DNA of 64,000 bases from the human T2T-CHM13v2.0 reference genome, Homo sapiens (GCF_009914755.1 NC_060939.1); one strand, 5' to 3'. Numbered from the stretch's first letter, positions 23,244 through 37,460 are shown. Numbers and translations are program-made. Notes: generated from the sequence alone by a model not told the origin.

Positions 23244-24559
23244 TAAAAGAAAGTTCTCCTCATATTACTCCCCACACTAACATTCTTCCACAGCACTGCA
23301 CTATTAAAATTCTTCATTTATATTTAAAACCTTCAGTATCCAACTGCATCCCACTACCTAGAACAATGTTCAACCACATCTTCACCTTTAACCACAAACC
23401 CTATCCTATAGCCCCATCTATCTGTCATTTCCTATCTTCTTACCTCCATGCTTTTAAGTTTCCTCTTAGTATGCCCTCTGACCCTCTACATATCTAGATC
23501 CTAATTATTCTTTGAGGCCCAACTCAAGTGGCTCCTTCTCTTTATTTCAAAGTCTTTCTAGATCCCCTCAGTCAGAGACTAGTATCTCCCTTTCTCTGAA
23601 TTTCTGTATCTCTTATTCAGTCTACAGCCTTCTATTACATACTCTATTTTTGCATATATGGGTTTCCTTCAATATCAGTTTGAAGACTAGAGTCACTCTC
23701 TTCCAAAGTTGTATCTCCAGTGCCCTACCATCCCTAGATTATGTGGACAGAGATCTGGCAGGACAGGGATGTGGTCTGCTTTGTGGAGATCATTTTACTC
23801 ACAATTATCATCTGCCTGGAGGCTGATTAGGTAAGTCCTGCCTCTAGTAAGAGAGGTCAACCAAATTAGCTCCCAGAGTATTTCCTAACCCTGGCTTCCT
23901 TCTACTGGCCTATAATCCTTACTTGAATTATATTTGTATTCTATGGTTAGATCTCTCAATATTATATCCAGTCTTTTCGGTTTTCAAAAACAATACAACA
24001 TAATTAAAAAAACAAACAAACAAAAAGTTGTAAGGCAATTGTGAAGTGGTGGAAAGTGCATTACGGTTAGAACCAGTAGGCACAGCCTTTGCTTTTTGGC
24101 TCTGTTCCTTACTGGCAGTGTGACCTCCAGGTAGTTCTTTAACCTTTGTTTCCTCATTTGTACAATAAAGATGGCCCCAAGGGTTAAACAGAAAATATTT
24201 AATATGCAACATGGAAGAGTGTGTATGTGTGTGTGTGCGTTATGTGTGTGTACACAAGGCCTTGCTACAAGAAGCCAATCTCGTTCTCTTCTTTCGGGGA
24301 CCTCTGCTTACTGACTTTGCCGGATAGAGTGGCTGTGACCTTGGGCCAGTCCCCAACTCGACTGTCACCCACAAGCGCCCTCAGCGGTAGCAAGAGTGCG
24401 TGTCCAGGAGCTAGAGAACGAGGCTCTAGTAGTGCAATCAGGCCAGCTTTGCTTCCTAACCAGGCACCCTAGACTTGTGGTCTCCCCACAAGTCTTGGAA
24501 TGGTTACTAAGACGTAGGCCACACGTGGAGAATGAAGCTTTTAAGACCTCTGGGTTCGG

Positions 24560-25440
24560 CTTGCCCCAGGTTTACGAAGAGCCCAGTTCCCAGAAAGACC
24601 CACACCCCCCACGTGACTTAGGACCCCGAAGAAAGCGCCTGCTACGCCCCGGACAAGATCTGGCCAAAAACAAACAAACAAACAAACAAAAAAAAAGGTC
24701 TCCCCTCCCAGCCCTCAGGTGAGGCCATCATCCCCGCACCCCTCAGCTCCGGCCTGCACCTATAACGCCAAATGCTGTGCTGGGTAAAATTAATTACCAT
24801 AAACCTCTAGCGCTTTCTCTTCCATGATCCGGGGCTGCCGGGCAGCTCCCGGCTCAGAGAGGCCGGAGAGCCACAGGACTCTGCTCAGCGTCCAGGAGAG
24901 CAGCCCGGACACCCGCTGCATCTTCACGCTCAGCCATCCCTGGCGACTGTCCCAATCGCGCCACCGTCTCTCAGCAGCCTCGGGATTGATCAACTTCCTG
25001 GTCTTCAAATGGGCCGAGACAAGCCTAAAGGTTCAGGAGAGCAGAGAAAAGGCGGGGCCAGACGGAGTAGCTCGAAGGACCTAGGGAAGGGGCCTCAAGG
25101 ACTACAAGTTCCAGCGTGCTTTGCTCGATTTCGGCGGGACAAAAACAATCTTCGCGGCTCGTCAGCACATTGCATGCTGGGATGCGTGAGCTATTTTCTT
25201 CGGAAGGCAGCGAATTGTATTCTGGGACTTGTAGTGTCCGCCTGGTAGAAGTGGATGTAACGGTCTGTTAACCGCGACTGACTCACTCAGTATCCGTGAT
25301 AAGTTAAAGATGAATCCTGAAGGGGTAGGGGAAAGGAGATCTTGAGTTCTCCAGCACGGAGACTCTTTACAATTATTTCTCCGCGGGATCCGCTGACAGC
25401 CAACGTCTTTCTTACTTCCTGATCGGACAGGAAGTAGGTT
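24560..25440 (-). promoter_or_regulatory. CIAO2A: CIAO2A CpG-island promoter
   Basis: CpG-dense and repeat-free around exon 1; ZNF143/THAP11-type motifs (25101-25235), ETS motifs (~24993-25000, 25413-25436), TGACTCA (25279-25285), E-boxes (24523, 24610). Confidence 0.85.
24798..24921 (-). CDS. CIAO2A: CIAO2A (FAM96A/CIA2A, cytosolic Fe-S assembly component 2A) coding exon 1, aa 1-41
   Basis: ATG at 24921-24919 gives [41 protein letters not shown]; donor TATG|GTAATT at 24797; 124 nt, phase 1; lies in a CpG island. Confidence 0.97.
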
Positions 25441-25537
25441 TCAGTTGCTGTGAAAAGGGATGTCATGGGAAGCCAGTGAGGTAGTCAGGTATGGCATGGG
25501 GAGGGCTTTTTGGCTTTCTCGTCTCCTAAGGGACTCA

Positions 25538-25807
<270 letters not shown>

Positions 25808-25810
25808 TTA

Positions 25811-25984
<174 letters not shown>

Positions 25985-26929
25985 TTAAGCCCTCTGGTGT
26001 TCGTGGGTGTGATGGATGCCAGTAACAAAATCGATTTTATTTTATCCATCCATCCCTCCGATCAAATTTGTAGGTACTAATTTGCCATAGGTGATCCATA
26101 GGCATGGAAGATACAAAGATAAAACGCTGCCCCCGCCTTCAAACAGCTCACATGACCTGTGAGGGAGTCCATCCCTGAATTTGCAGTTACAACCAAACTA
26201 ACTAAACCTCTTGTCAAAGTTGGTGACAAATGCCATTTCTATTGAGAAGATAGGATTATCTTGCAGAATTGTCCCATGCTAACATGCCCATTTATCTTTA
26301 AACTCCAGTCTTGTTTGTCTAGTTAATGTAGGCCTTAGGATCACCAGACAATGAATTGCTTAGGTCCCAAGGAAATTTTGGTCAGGGTTCAATAATTTCC
26401 CTGCCGTCTATTCCACTCCACTTACTCCACAGCAATTGAGAGGATAATCCTAACATTTTTCCAGCCAAATCTAGGACACTGAGGCCTCACTTCATCTGTG
26501 AGGCCTCCCTACTTCTCCAAGCAGAATTGATTATCTCTTTCCCTGTGCTCCCACAGGGCACCATAGCATTGAACATGTCGAACTGTCGATTAAATACCTG
26601 ATTTCTGTATCTGAAACTCACAGCAAGGTGCCAGGCATACAGTAGATGCTCAGTATCTGTATTTCTTAATGAATTAACTGAATGTTGCTCAAGGAATAAG
26701 TGGTGAAGCTTTCTTCTAGTCTTGTTCAGATACCTCAATCGAAATATTTATTGACTCTCTGTGAGGGCATTGTGCTTGGCATGGGTAGATGGCATGTAGA
26801 GGTTTTCAAACATTTTAGTGACACTCCTTCATTCAGACGAACTCTTAGAAGCCTGTTGGATAAAGCTATCCAGAGCACAAAGGGCCCTAGAAACCTGAGC
26901 AGCCCCTAACTCCTACTTTTCTGCCCCTT

Positions 26930-27680
26930 TGGCCCCACTCGTTAATATCTCAGCATCGCGAACCAGGCCTCGGATTTGCTGCGCAGCCTCAGCTGGCCGG
27001 GTGCCCCCCCGCCCCCAGCGCCTAAGCCCCGCCCCTAGGTCTCCGCCCCTCGGATCCCACGGGGTCCCTTGCGGCCCTCCCACTCCTCGCACCGTTGGAT
27101 CGCTTTGCTCACGGCGCTATCTCTCGATAAAGTTGTTGTTGCGGCTTCCGCCGCGGGTGGAAGAAGATGGCGTCGGGTGGTGGTGGCTGTAGCGCTTCGG
27201 AGAGACTGCCTCCGCCCTTCCCCGGCCTGGAGCCGGAGTCCGAGGGGGCGGCCGGGGGATCAGAACCCGAGGCTGGGGACAGCGACACCGAGGGGGAGGA
27301 CATTTTCACCGGCGCCGCGGTGGTCGTGAGTTTGCACCCCTCGGGGTAGCAGGCGGGAGGGCACCCCGAAAGGGAAGAGAGGCTAAGCGAGAATCGGGGA
27401 GGTTGGGCAGAGTGGGCCCGGTGAGACCTTGCCTCGGTGTCAGCAGTCCGGGCCCCGGGGACCCTGGATGTGCTCGAAGCGGTAGAGCTTGGCTTCCCGG
27501 CCCCCAGGCGGGAAGAGTAAAGAATGAGGGTTGTGGTGCCTTCGTCGGCTAGCTCCCTAACAGCCGAGAACCGCCGACGCCGTCCTTTGACCCTGCAGTG
27601 TGGTGACACTCCACGGATCCACGGGGTTATTTTGCAGGTCGTGTCCTGCCAAGGCAGATTCAGTAGGACGGAATAAGCGA
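26930..27680 (+). promoter_or_regulatory. SNX1: SNX1 CpG-island promoter
   Basis: Three tandem GC boxes (CCGCCCC) at ~27004-27050, no TATA box, YY1-like AAGATGGCG over the ATG, high CpG density. Confidence 0.88.
27167..27325 (+). CDS. SNX1: SNX1 (sorting nexin 1) coding exon 1, aa 1-53
   Basis: AAGATGG strong Kozak; [20 protein letters not shown]...[12 protein letters not shown]; donor GTC|GTGAGT; 159 nt; CpG island. Confidence 0.98.
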
Positions 27681-28016
27681 ATGGGATGCAGACCTTTCCC
27701 CCGTCTTACTGCTTCTAAGATGAATAGCGTTATGTGGACTAGCCTGGGGTGGTGACCCGCCCACCAGTTCTTTCTTTAGCCCAGCATTTACCGATAATAA
27801 CCAAAGGCCCTTTCTGGATCTTAGTTTACAAAAGTTATGTTGATTCTTCTGATCTCTAGGAAAATCAGGCCAGAGGCTGGTGGACAGAAGGCACTGCCAG
27901 ATAAATCACTACATAGATCAGAAAGCTTTCTCCTTTTTAAAGGGATGTGTTCAAGTGCCCACGTACCTCACTGGGAGCAAATCTGAAATGTGATGAGGAA
28001 ATGGTGTTTCCCGTAA

Positions 28017-28717
28017 TGTTACCGGTAGGAGGCCCTTGAGTGTAGGTTGTCGAGGTTCTTGGCATTTTGAACAAATAATTGGACAAAACGCACAAAATAA
28101 CAAAGGAATGAAACACAAACGAAGCAGCGAAAGCAGGAATTTATTAAAGCGAGAAAGCACCCCACAGGGTGTGAGTGGGCCGGAGCAAGGGGCTCAAGAG
28201 CCCACTTACAAAGTTTTCTGGATTTTAAGTGCTCCTTTTATGGTTCCTATGGGTTACCCCTTATCTGGATGAAGGATTTGGTCTGTGGCTAATTAAAGGC
28301 CGAGGTGAATTGGCGTCCTGTGCAGATGAACGGATGGTCCCTGCTTGGCCTGCGGCCAGTCTAAGGCACTCTCCCTTTCCATGTGAGACGTGGTGGATGG
28401 GGAGGGTTGCAGGGATAGTAGCCTTTGATCCTTTGCCACTCGGGCGTGGGCAGATGGGTTTTTTCCTTTTGGTTTAGCTTTAGGAAGTTGGCCTTAATTG
28501 GCCTTAGGTTCCCTGCCCCCAAACCCAGGGGGTTCCTTTTGGGAAGTCAGCACGAATTGGCCTTAGATTCCTTGCCCCCAGACCTTGGTGTTTTCTCTTT
28601 TAGAAAGTTAACGTAAGTTGACCTCAGATTCCCTGCCCCCAAACCTTGGTGTTTTTCCTTGATTCAGCATGAATTGCCCTTAAGTTTCCTGCCTCCAGAC
28701 CCTATTCTCCTGCCTCA
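28017..28717 (-). mobile_element. ERV1-class solo LTR (MER51/MER61/LTR15-like), 701 bp, in SNX1 intron 1
   Basis: TG...CA ends, 4-bp TSD GTAA (28013-16 / 28718-21); - strand starts TGAGGCAGGAGAATAGGGTCTGGAGGCAGG; AATAAA on - strand at 28140-28145. Confidence 0.9.
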
Positions 28718-29725
28718 GTAATAAATATCCGGGTCTCTAATAAGAGTTAGGTATTAGAAAAAAATAATCTTTGTAATGTGGAAATCAGTAATCAGTTATG
28801 GAACCAGTAGAGATGTTTTGGGCTATTTTATGAGAATATTTACTCATACCACTTGGTATAGGTTGTTCCAGGCTGTAAAATTCAATGCTGGGTCTGTGAA
28901 TTTATCTGTTTGGCATAATGCTTCTCTTCACAGTAGCTACTCAGTGTGTAACCAACTAAATAAAACAGCTATAAATTCTTTATGCAACATGTGGTCTGAA
29001 AAAGTTTGAGGCTTTCCTCATTTGTGTCAGATTTTCCCTGTCCTGTATTCAGAAATTGAGTCCATAATCTCAGCTCATAAGGTGCTTGATAATTCTAATA
29101 TAACAACTAAAACTGTCAAATGAAGTCTCTTATTCTGAGAAATAATAAGTCTTTGTGACTGTCATAAAACAGGAAACAATTTTTGTTTGTTTTTAGAGAC
29201 ATAGTCTCCCTGTGTTGCCCAGGCTTGTCTTGAACTTCTGGGCTCAATGGATCCTCCCTTCCTCCTAAGTAGCTGGGATTGCAGGTGCATGCCTGAGAAA
29301 TAATAATTCTTGCCGCTAATTTAGTCCTTCTGTATGTTATTTTAAGTAAGTATTTAGTCTGTTCCTTTAGTAATTCTTCTATAAGTCATGGAAGACAGCT
29401 ACTGTTGGTAACTGCTGGAATGATGTGCAGACTGAGAATATGAAAACAGAAACTCTGACACTGAAAGTGATTGGTCACATAGGCAAATGTTGATTTATTT
29501 TCCAAAAAGGAACCTGGAAGAGTGAGGAGTTATTTTCTAGAGTTAACCTGAAGCAGTGGCCGAGTGCCATGCACACGTGTAATCTCAGCACTTTGGGAGG
29601 CCAAGGCAAGAGGATCACTTGAGGCCAGGAATCGAGACCAGGCTGGCCAACATGGCAAAACCCCATCTCTACTAAAAATACAAAAATTATCTGGGCATGG
29701 TGGCACGTGCCTGTAATCCCAGCTA

Positions 29726-29830
<105 letters not shown>

Positions 29831-30849
29831 TCAAAAAAAAAAAAAAAAAAAAGTAGAAATTTAAAAAAGAAATGTAGGAGGCTTCAGTTTGATTCATCTT
29901 ACCATACTTTATGGAGTTATCAATACCTCTTTTTTGTAAGACTGTAAAAATCCTTTGCCTAATTTCCAGCTAAAAGAGAGTTGAGGAGGTCAGAATGACC
30001 TTGTTCTACTGCAGAAAGCATAATTATTTTTATTTAGATATGATCTAGGAAAATTGAGTTGCTAAGGAAACTAAAATGCCACCTATAAGCCATTTTTCAA
30101 GCTGCCCATCCTGATGTTAATCTTCAGGATGCCAAGACCCCAAGAGAGCTCGCTAGTTTAACTGTCTTGTTAAACAGCCATAAAGAACAAATTATAATCC
30201 AATAAATGCTTTAGTTGTGAGCCAAAGAAGATAGAGGATTGCAGCACTTGTGGTATTTTAAAGAACAACATTGAAGAATTAAGTAATTAAGAGTGTGGGC
30301 TTTGAAGTCTGATTTAAATCTAGGCTCTATGGCTGGCTAGCTTATCCCTGAACATGGTACTTAATTACTCTCTACAGTTTCCTCACGTGTAAAAAGTGAA
30401 TAATACTAGTATTTACCTCCACCACTATTGTGAAGATTAAATTAAAATGCCTGTAAAGTGCTTAGAAGATGTTCCCTCCATAATAAACATTTAAAGAGTG
30501 CTTACTTTTTGAGGGCATGAGCTGTATTTGTTGGTGAGCATTTTGTAAACTGGAATTACTCTAAAAAAACCCACAAAATCTAATAATGGATTAGAAAAGT
30601 TAACATTAAAAATGGGTAATACAGTTGATCAAAGTCAAAACTATTATTAGCCTGGCATGGTGGCATAAGCCTGTAGTCCCGCATACTTGTGAAGCTGAGG
30701 TGGGAGGATCACTTGAGCCCAGGAGCTTGAGGCTTTAGTGAGCCAGGATTGCACCACTGTACTCTAGCCTGGGCGAAAAAGTGAAACCCCATCTCAAAAC
30801 AACAACAAAACTAGTGATATTTATTTGATTAGCTAAAAGCATCAAATAG

Positions 30850-31179
<330 letters not shown>

Positions 31180-32254
31180 TAAGTTAATCTTCATCTTTTA
31201 TTTTGTTTCATGTTGGAGACAGAGAGGAGCATTGAAGAATTTTGAAGTTGAGGCATGTAAAGTTAAAACTAATTTATGGTATGCCCGTAATTTCCTGGGC
31301 ATTGATACAACTGCTGCTGTTAATCATCCCATCTGCTCTCTTTTACAGCCCAAGAGGCTTTGTTAGTTCAGTAATTAAAATGTGGTTTAATTTATACTTG
31401 AAAGAGCAGGCTTACACATGCATCTCAGAATCTGTAAACCAGTTACTTAAATGGGAGAGAATTGGCCAGGCGCAGTGGCTCATGCTTGTAATCCCAGCAT
31501 TTTGACAGGCCGAGGCGGGCGTATCACAAGGGCAGGAGTTCTAGACCAGCCTGGCCAACATGGTGAAACCCTGTTTCTACTAAAAACACAAAAATTAGCC
31601 GGGCGTGGTGGCACACACCTGTAATCCCAGCTGCTGTGGAGGCTGAGGCAAGAGAATCACTTGGCTTGAACCTGGGAGTTGGAGGTTGCAGTGAGCCGAG
31701 ATCGTGCCAGGGCCCACCAGCCTGGGTAACAGAGCAAAACTCCATCTCAAAAAAAAAAAAAAAAAAAAAAAGAGACTCAAAAAAATTACTGAAATAAATT
31801 TGAAGTCATTGCTTTAAAACTACAAATAGTTTAGAGAGTTATGTAAGTTATGTATTAACATTTAGGCAGGAAAGGACATGGTCTTTTCAGAAACTACTCC
31901 TAAATCTGTGATCACTATAACATCTTGCGAGAGAAGGCAAAAGCTTTTTATTTGTTTGTTGATAAATAAATACAAGGTTTCTGTCTGTCTCCCAGGCTAG
32001 AGGGCAGTGGCACCATCATGGCTCACTGCAGCCTCTACCTCTTGAGCTAAGTGATCCTCTCACCTCAGCCTCCTGCGTAGCATGTGCCACCATGCCCAGC
32101 TAATTTTTCATTTATTTATTTTTTTGTAGAGATGGGGGTCTCCCTGTGTTGCCCAGACTGGTCTCTTAACTACTGGGCTCAAGTGATCCTCCCACCTTGG
32201 CCTCCCAAAGTGCTAGAATTATATGCGTGAGTCACCACGCTTGGCCCAAAAACA

Positions 32255-34530
32255 ATCTTTTTGAAAAAACTGGGGTAAAATTCACATGACAAAATTTGCC
32301 ATCTTAATCATTTTTAAGTGTATAGTTTAGTAGCACTAAGTATATTCACATTGTTGTGTAACAGAGATCCAAAACTTCCTCATTTTGCAAATCTGAAACT
32401 CTGTACTTATTAAACAGCTTCCACAGTCCCTGGTAATCAATCACCATTCTAACTTTGTTTCTGTCAATTTGTCTATTTTTGATACCTCATATAAGTTGGA
32501 GTCAAATAGTATTTGTTTTGTGACTGGCTTATTTTACTTAGCACAGTGTCCTCAAGGTTCATCCATGTTATAACATGTGACAAGATTTTCTTCTTTTTTA
32601 AGGCTGAATAATATTGCATTGAATGTATATAGCACATTTTATTTATCTGCCAGTGGACATTTGGGTTTGCTTTCTCCTCTTGGCAATTGTAAATAGTGCT
32701 GATGTCAACATGAGTGTGCAAACATCTCCTCAAAATCCTGCTTTTAATTCTTTTGGATATATATCCAGAAGTAGGATTCCTGGATCTTGTGGTAGTTCTA
32801 TTTTCAATTGTTTGAAGAACCTCCATACTGCTTTCCATGGTAGTTGCACCATTTTATGGTCTCACCTCAGCTTTTTAAAACCTGTTTAATTTTGAATCCT
32901 AACCAACCTCTGGTAACAGATACCAAATTACAGCTAGATAGGAGGACTGAGCTCTCTTATTCTGCAGCCCTGTAGAGTGAATGTGGTTAACTGTATTTAT
33001 TGTATATTTTCAAAAAGCTTTCTGAAAGAGAGGATTTTGAATGTTTACAGCACAAAGAAATGATAAATGTTTGAGATGCTGGATATACTAATTATCCTGA
33101 TTTGATCATTGCACATTGTATGCATATATTGAAATATCACTCAGAATCCCATAAACATGTACAATTGTCAACTAAACATAAAAAGAAAAAAAATTAAAGA
33201 ATAATGCTTGTTAAAGATTTTTTGTAGATACCAAGTTTTTTAAAAAGTTTCCTTCTATTGCTGTTTTGATAAAAATTTTAAAATATCTATTGAATTTTAT
33301 TATTTTTTGACATCCCTTGGTCATGGGGTTTCTGTCTTAAATCTGTTATATGGTGAGCTGCTTTACTGGAGTGGACTCAACGTGGTTATTGTATATTGTC
33401 TTTTTTGTATTTTTTATTGATATAGTTGTACATATTTTTAGGATACACATGGTATTTTGATATCTGTATACAAAGTGTGATGACCAAATCAAGGAATTTG
33501 GGATATTCATCACCTCAAACATTTATCTTTTTGTTGAGAACATTAGAATTCTTCTAGCTCTTTTGGAACATACGATAAATTATTGCTAACTGTAATCTTC
33601 CTGCTGTCAAATACTAGAACTTATTCCTTCTAATTGTATTTTTGTACCCATTAACCAACTTCTCCTCATCCTGCCCTGCCTTCCCTTCTCAGCTTCTGGG
33701 AATCACCATTGTACCCTCTACCTCCATGAGATCCATGTTTTTGACTCCCACAGATGAGTGAGAACACTTGACATTTGTCTTTCTGTGCCTGACTTCTTTC
33801 ACTTAACGTAATGACCTCCAGTTCCATCCATGTTGCTCTAAATAACAGGAGTTCATTCTTTTTTATGCCTGAATAATAGTCCATTTTGTATATATACCAC
33901 GCCTTCTTTTTTTTTTTTTTTTTTTTTTTTGACACAGGGTCTTGCTCTGTCTCCCAGGCTGGAGTGCAGTGGTGCAATCATGGCCCACTTCCCTTGACCT
34001 CCTGTGCTCTGGTGATCCTCCCATCATAGCCTCCCAAGTAGCTGGGGCTACAGGTGCATGCCACCATGCCCAGCTAATTTTTGTATTTTTAGTAGAGACG
34101 GGGTTTTGCCACGTTGCCTAGGCTGGTCTCAAACTCCTGGGCTCAAGTGATGTGCCCTCCTTGGCCTCCCGAAGTGTTGGGATTACAGGTGTGAGCCACC
34201 ATGCCTGGCCTATACCACATATTCTTTATCCATTCATCCATTCATGGACACTTAGGTTGATTCCATATCTTGACTGTTGTGAATAGTGTGCTGGAATAAA
34301 CATGGGCATGCAGAAGAAATATATATGCTTTGATATATTTGCTTTCTTTTGGATACATACCTAGTAGTGGGGTTGCTGGATGCTATGGTAGTTACATTTT
34401 TAGTTCTTTTAGTAATCTCCATACTGTTTTCCATAATGGCTGTGCTACTTCACATTCCCACCCACAGTGTATGAGTGTTCCCCTTTCTCCATATCCTTGC
34501 CAGCATTTGTTGTTTTTTGTATTTTTAATA
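32255..34530. mobile_element. Cluster of L1M fragments: L1MB-like (-) ~32255-32870, L1MA-like 3' end (+) ~32912-33195, L1MA-like (-) ~33400-34530 with nested Alu 33903-34210
   Basis: Degenerate L1 ORF2 C-terminal peptides in the ORF track (e.g. WMNLEDTVLSKISQ, CWQGYGERGTLIHCGWEC...QPLWKTVWRLLKELK). Confidence 0.8.
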
Positions 34531-35314
34531 ATGTCTTTTTTTATACATTGCTGGGTTTGGATTGCTATTATATATTCTTTTACATCTACGTTCATAAGAT
34601 AAACCTGTAGTTTCTTTCTCATGAAAATTGTATGGTTTGGGGAATTAAGATTATATGGTAATTTCTTCTATTCTTTCGAGAATGTTTATACTATTGGAAT
34701 GATCTGTTTCTTAAAAATTGGTGGTACCTATAAAACTGTTCAGGCTTGGTATTTTTGTTTATGCTTTATGGAAAGATTGTTAACTATAAACAGTTTATTT
34801 CTCTGAGTGGTTATAGAGTTTGGTAGTTTTATTAAAAAGCCATAAGAAAAATGATGGTTAATCTGGCTAATACTTTAATTCTCTGTTCTGTGAAACATGC
34901 ATGGTGGTTGTTCCCAAAGATATAACACATCCTCATTAAGTTTCTTGATATTAGCCCTTCTCTGATCTTAATCAGACTTCTGAAAGTGAATCTTTATAAC
35001 AGTATCTTTAAACAAAGGTGTATCACTTAGTTTGTTTAGTTACTAGTTTAGTCATTTATAGCTAATATTGGTAAAAATTCTAGTGTGTAGTGTTTTCTAC
35101 AGGGATATTGCCTCAAACACTTGTTTTTGGAGTTAACATACATCAAGTGGTCACATCTGGTCAAATGATCAGAAGTTGAAATTCTACCTTGTGGTAAATA
35201 TATTCTTGAAAAAAGTGATAGGTATATGCAAAGACTCATTTTAGTGCTCAGCTCAAATAGTAAAGTTTTACTTCGCATAAGTTTAGATTTCCCTGAAATA
35301 CATAAACTCATTAA

Positions 35315-36269
<955 letters not shown>

Positions 36270-37029
36270 TCAGGAGGCTGAGGCATGAGAATCGCTTGAA
36301 CCCGCGAAGTGGAGGTTGCACCACTGCACTCCAGCCTGGGGGATACAGCGAGACTCTGTCTCAAAAAAAAAAAAAAATTAGGGGCTTATGAGAGAAACAA
36401 TAAAGGTTGCCGTCAGACTTCTGGTTTCTGTAAGGGTTGCCAACCCATTGTTTACTTAGGTGGTAAGGCCACTCTGACAACTTGGCCATTTGTAGTTCAT
36501 TAGTTTGGACTGGAGAAAAGAAAAAAAAATCTGATATCTCTTCCTTGGTCCTCAAGCTTCTCAGCACTCAAGTAACTTTTGACATAAATAAATCATGAGT
36601 AGTTGATAGTTACTAGAGCAAGTAGCCGTAAGTATCTCATCTCCAGGAAAAGCTGTTGCTCAACTTTTTCTGGCTTATTCTTTTGCTTCGTCACGTGGAC
36701 AGCTGGAGCTTCATTCTGCTTTCAGAGCAGATTTGAACTGGGTTTGCTTTTTCAATTTAGAAGGTAATCCACCCATTAATACTGTGATTCTTCTGCGGTT
36801 TTCTGGGCCCTTTCTAAGTTTTGTTAGGTTGAGACCCAAAAAGTTTAGTTGGGAAATTAAACCAGAGAATTCAGTAGAATGTCTGAGGCTAAATCTGGGG
36901 TCTCATGAGGTCTCTAATGGCCTTGCACATGATTTTCCTTAACTAGCTCAGTGGTCAGCTTCATGCTATTTTCCCCATCCTTCCAGCTCTCCCTTTTCCA
37001 TTTTCATTAGTCCCTCTACTCTGTATCTC

Positions 37030-37460
37030 AGAAGTTCTTTACCTTTTTTGTGCTGTGGGCCAATTGGCAGGCCCTGTAAAGCCTGTGGACACATCCCCAG
37101 AATAATGTTTTTAAATGTATGAAATAAAATACATTAAAATATGAAGGAAACCAATTATATTGAAATTCAGTTTTAATAAATTAAAATGATTTTACATTAA
37201 TAACATACTTAAATAGAGATGAGCATAAATGAGACTTTGAGATCTATAAAAACCATAATCTCATATAAAAATATCTAATATCAGTTACAATCTCAGGTAC
37301 TTCTATTATGGTTTGTTGCTTATCTTTATGATTAATGTATATGCCAAATTTCAGTTCAAGGTTAATGAAAATGAAATTATAATAATTTTATTCCCATCCA
37401 AGTTCATAGATTACCCCCTGAAGTATGTGGCTAATGGACCCCAAGATAAGAACCCCTAGT
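37030..37460. mobile_element. Probable old hAT-Charlie-type DNA transposon relic
   Basis: Degenerate TIRs CAGAAGTTCTTTACC ... GATAAGAACCCCTAG around an AT-rich interior. Confidence 0.45.

Noticed and set aside
24922-25008. 29-codon in-frame N-terminal extension of CIAO2A from a TTG
   Set aside because: Non-AUG start probably at or beyond the TSS; an open frame is unremarkable in GC-rich DNA; no supporting evidence.
27109-27609. 166-aa antisense ORF over SNX1 exon 1
   Set aside because: GTG start and low-complexity S/P/A/R composition typical of stop-poor CpG islands.
28496-28701. Regularly spaced ~30-nt repeats with ~30-nt spacers, superficially CRISPR-like
   Set aside because: Eukaryotic DNA; the 'spacers' are homologous to each other, and the array lies within an LTR U3 region.
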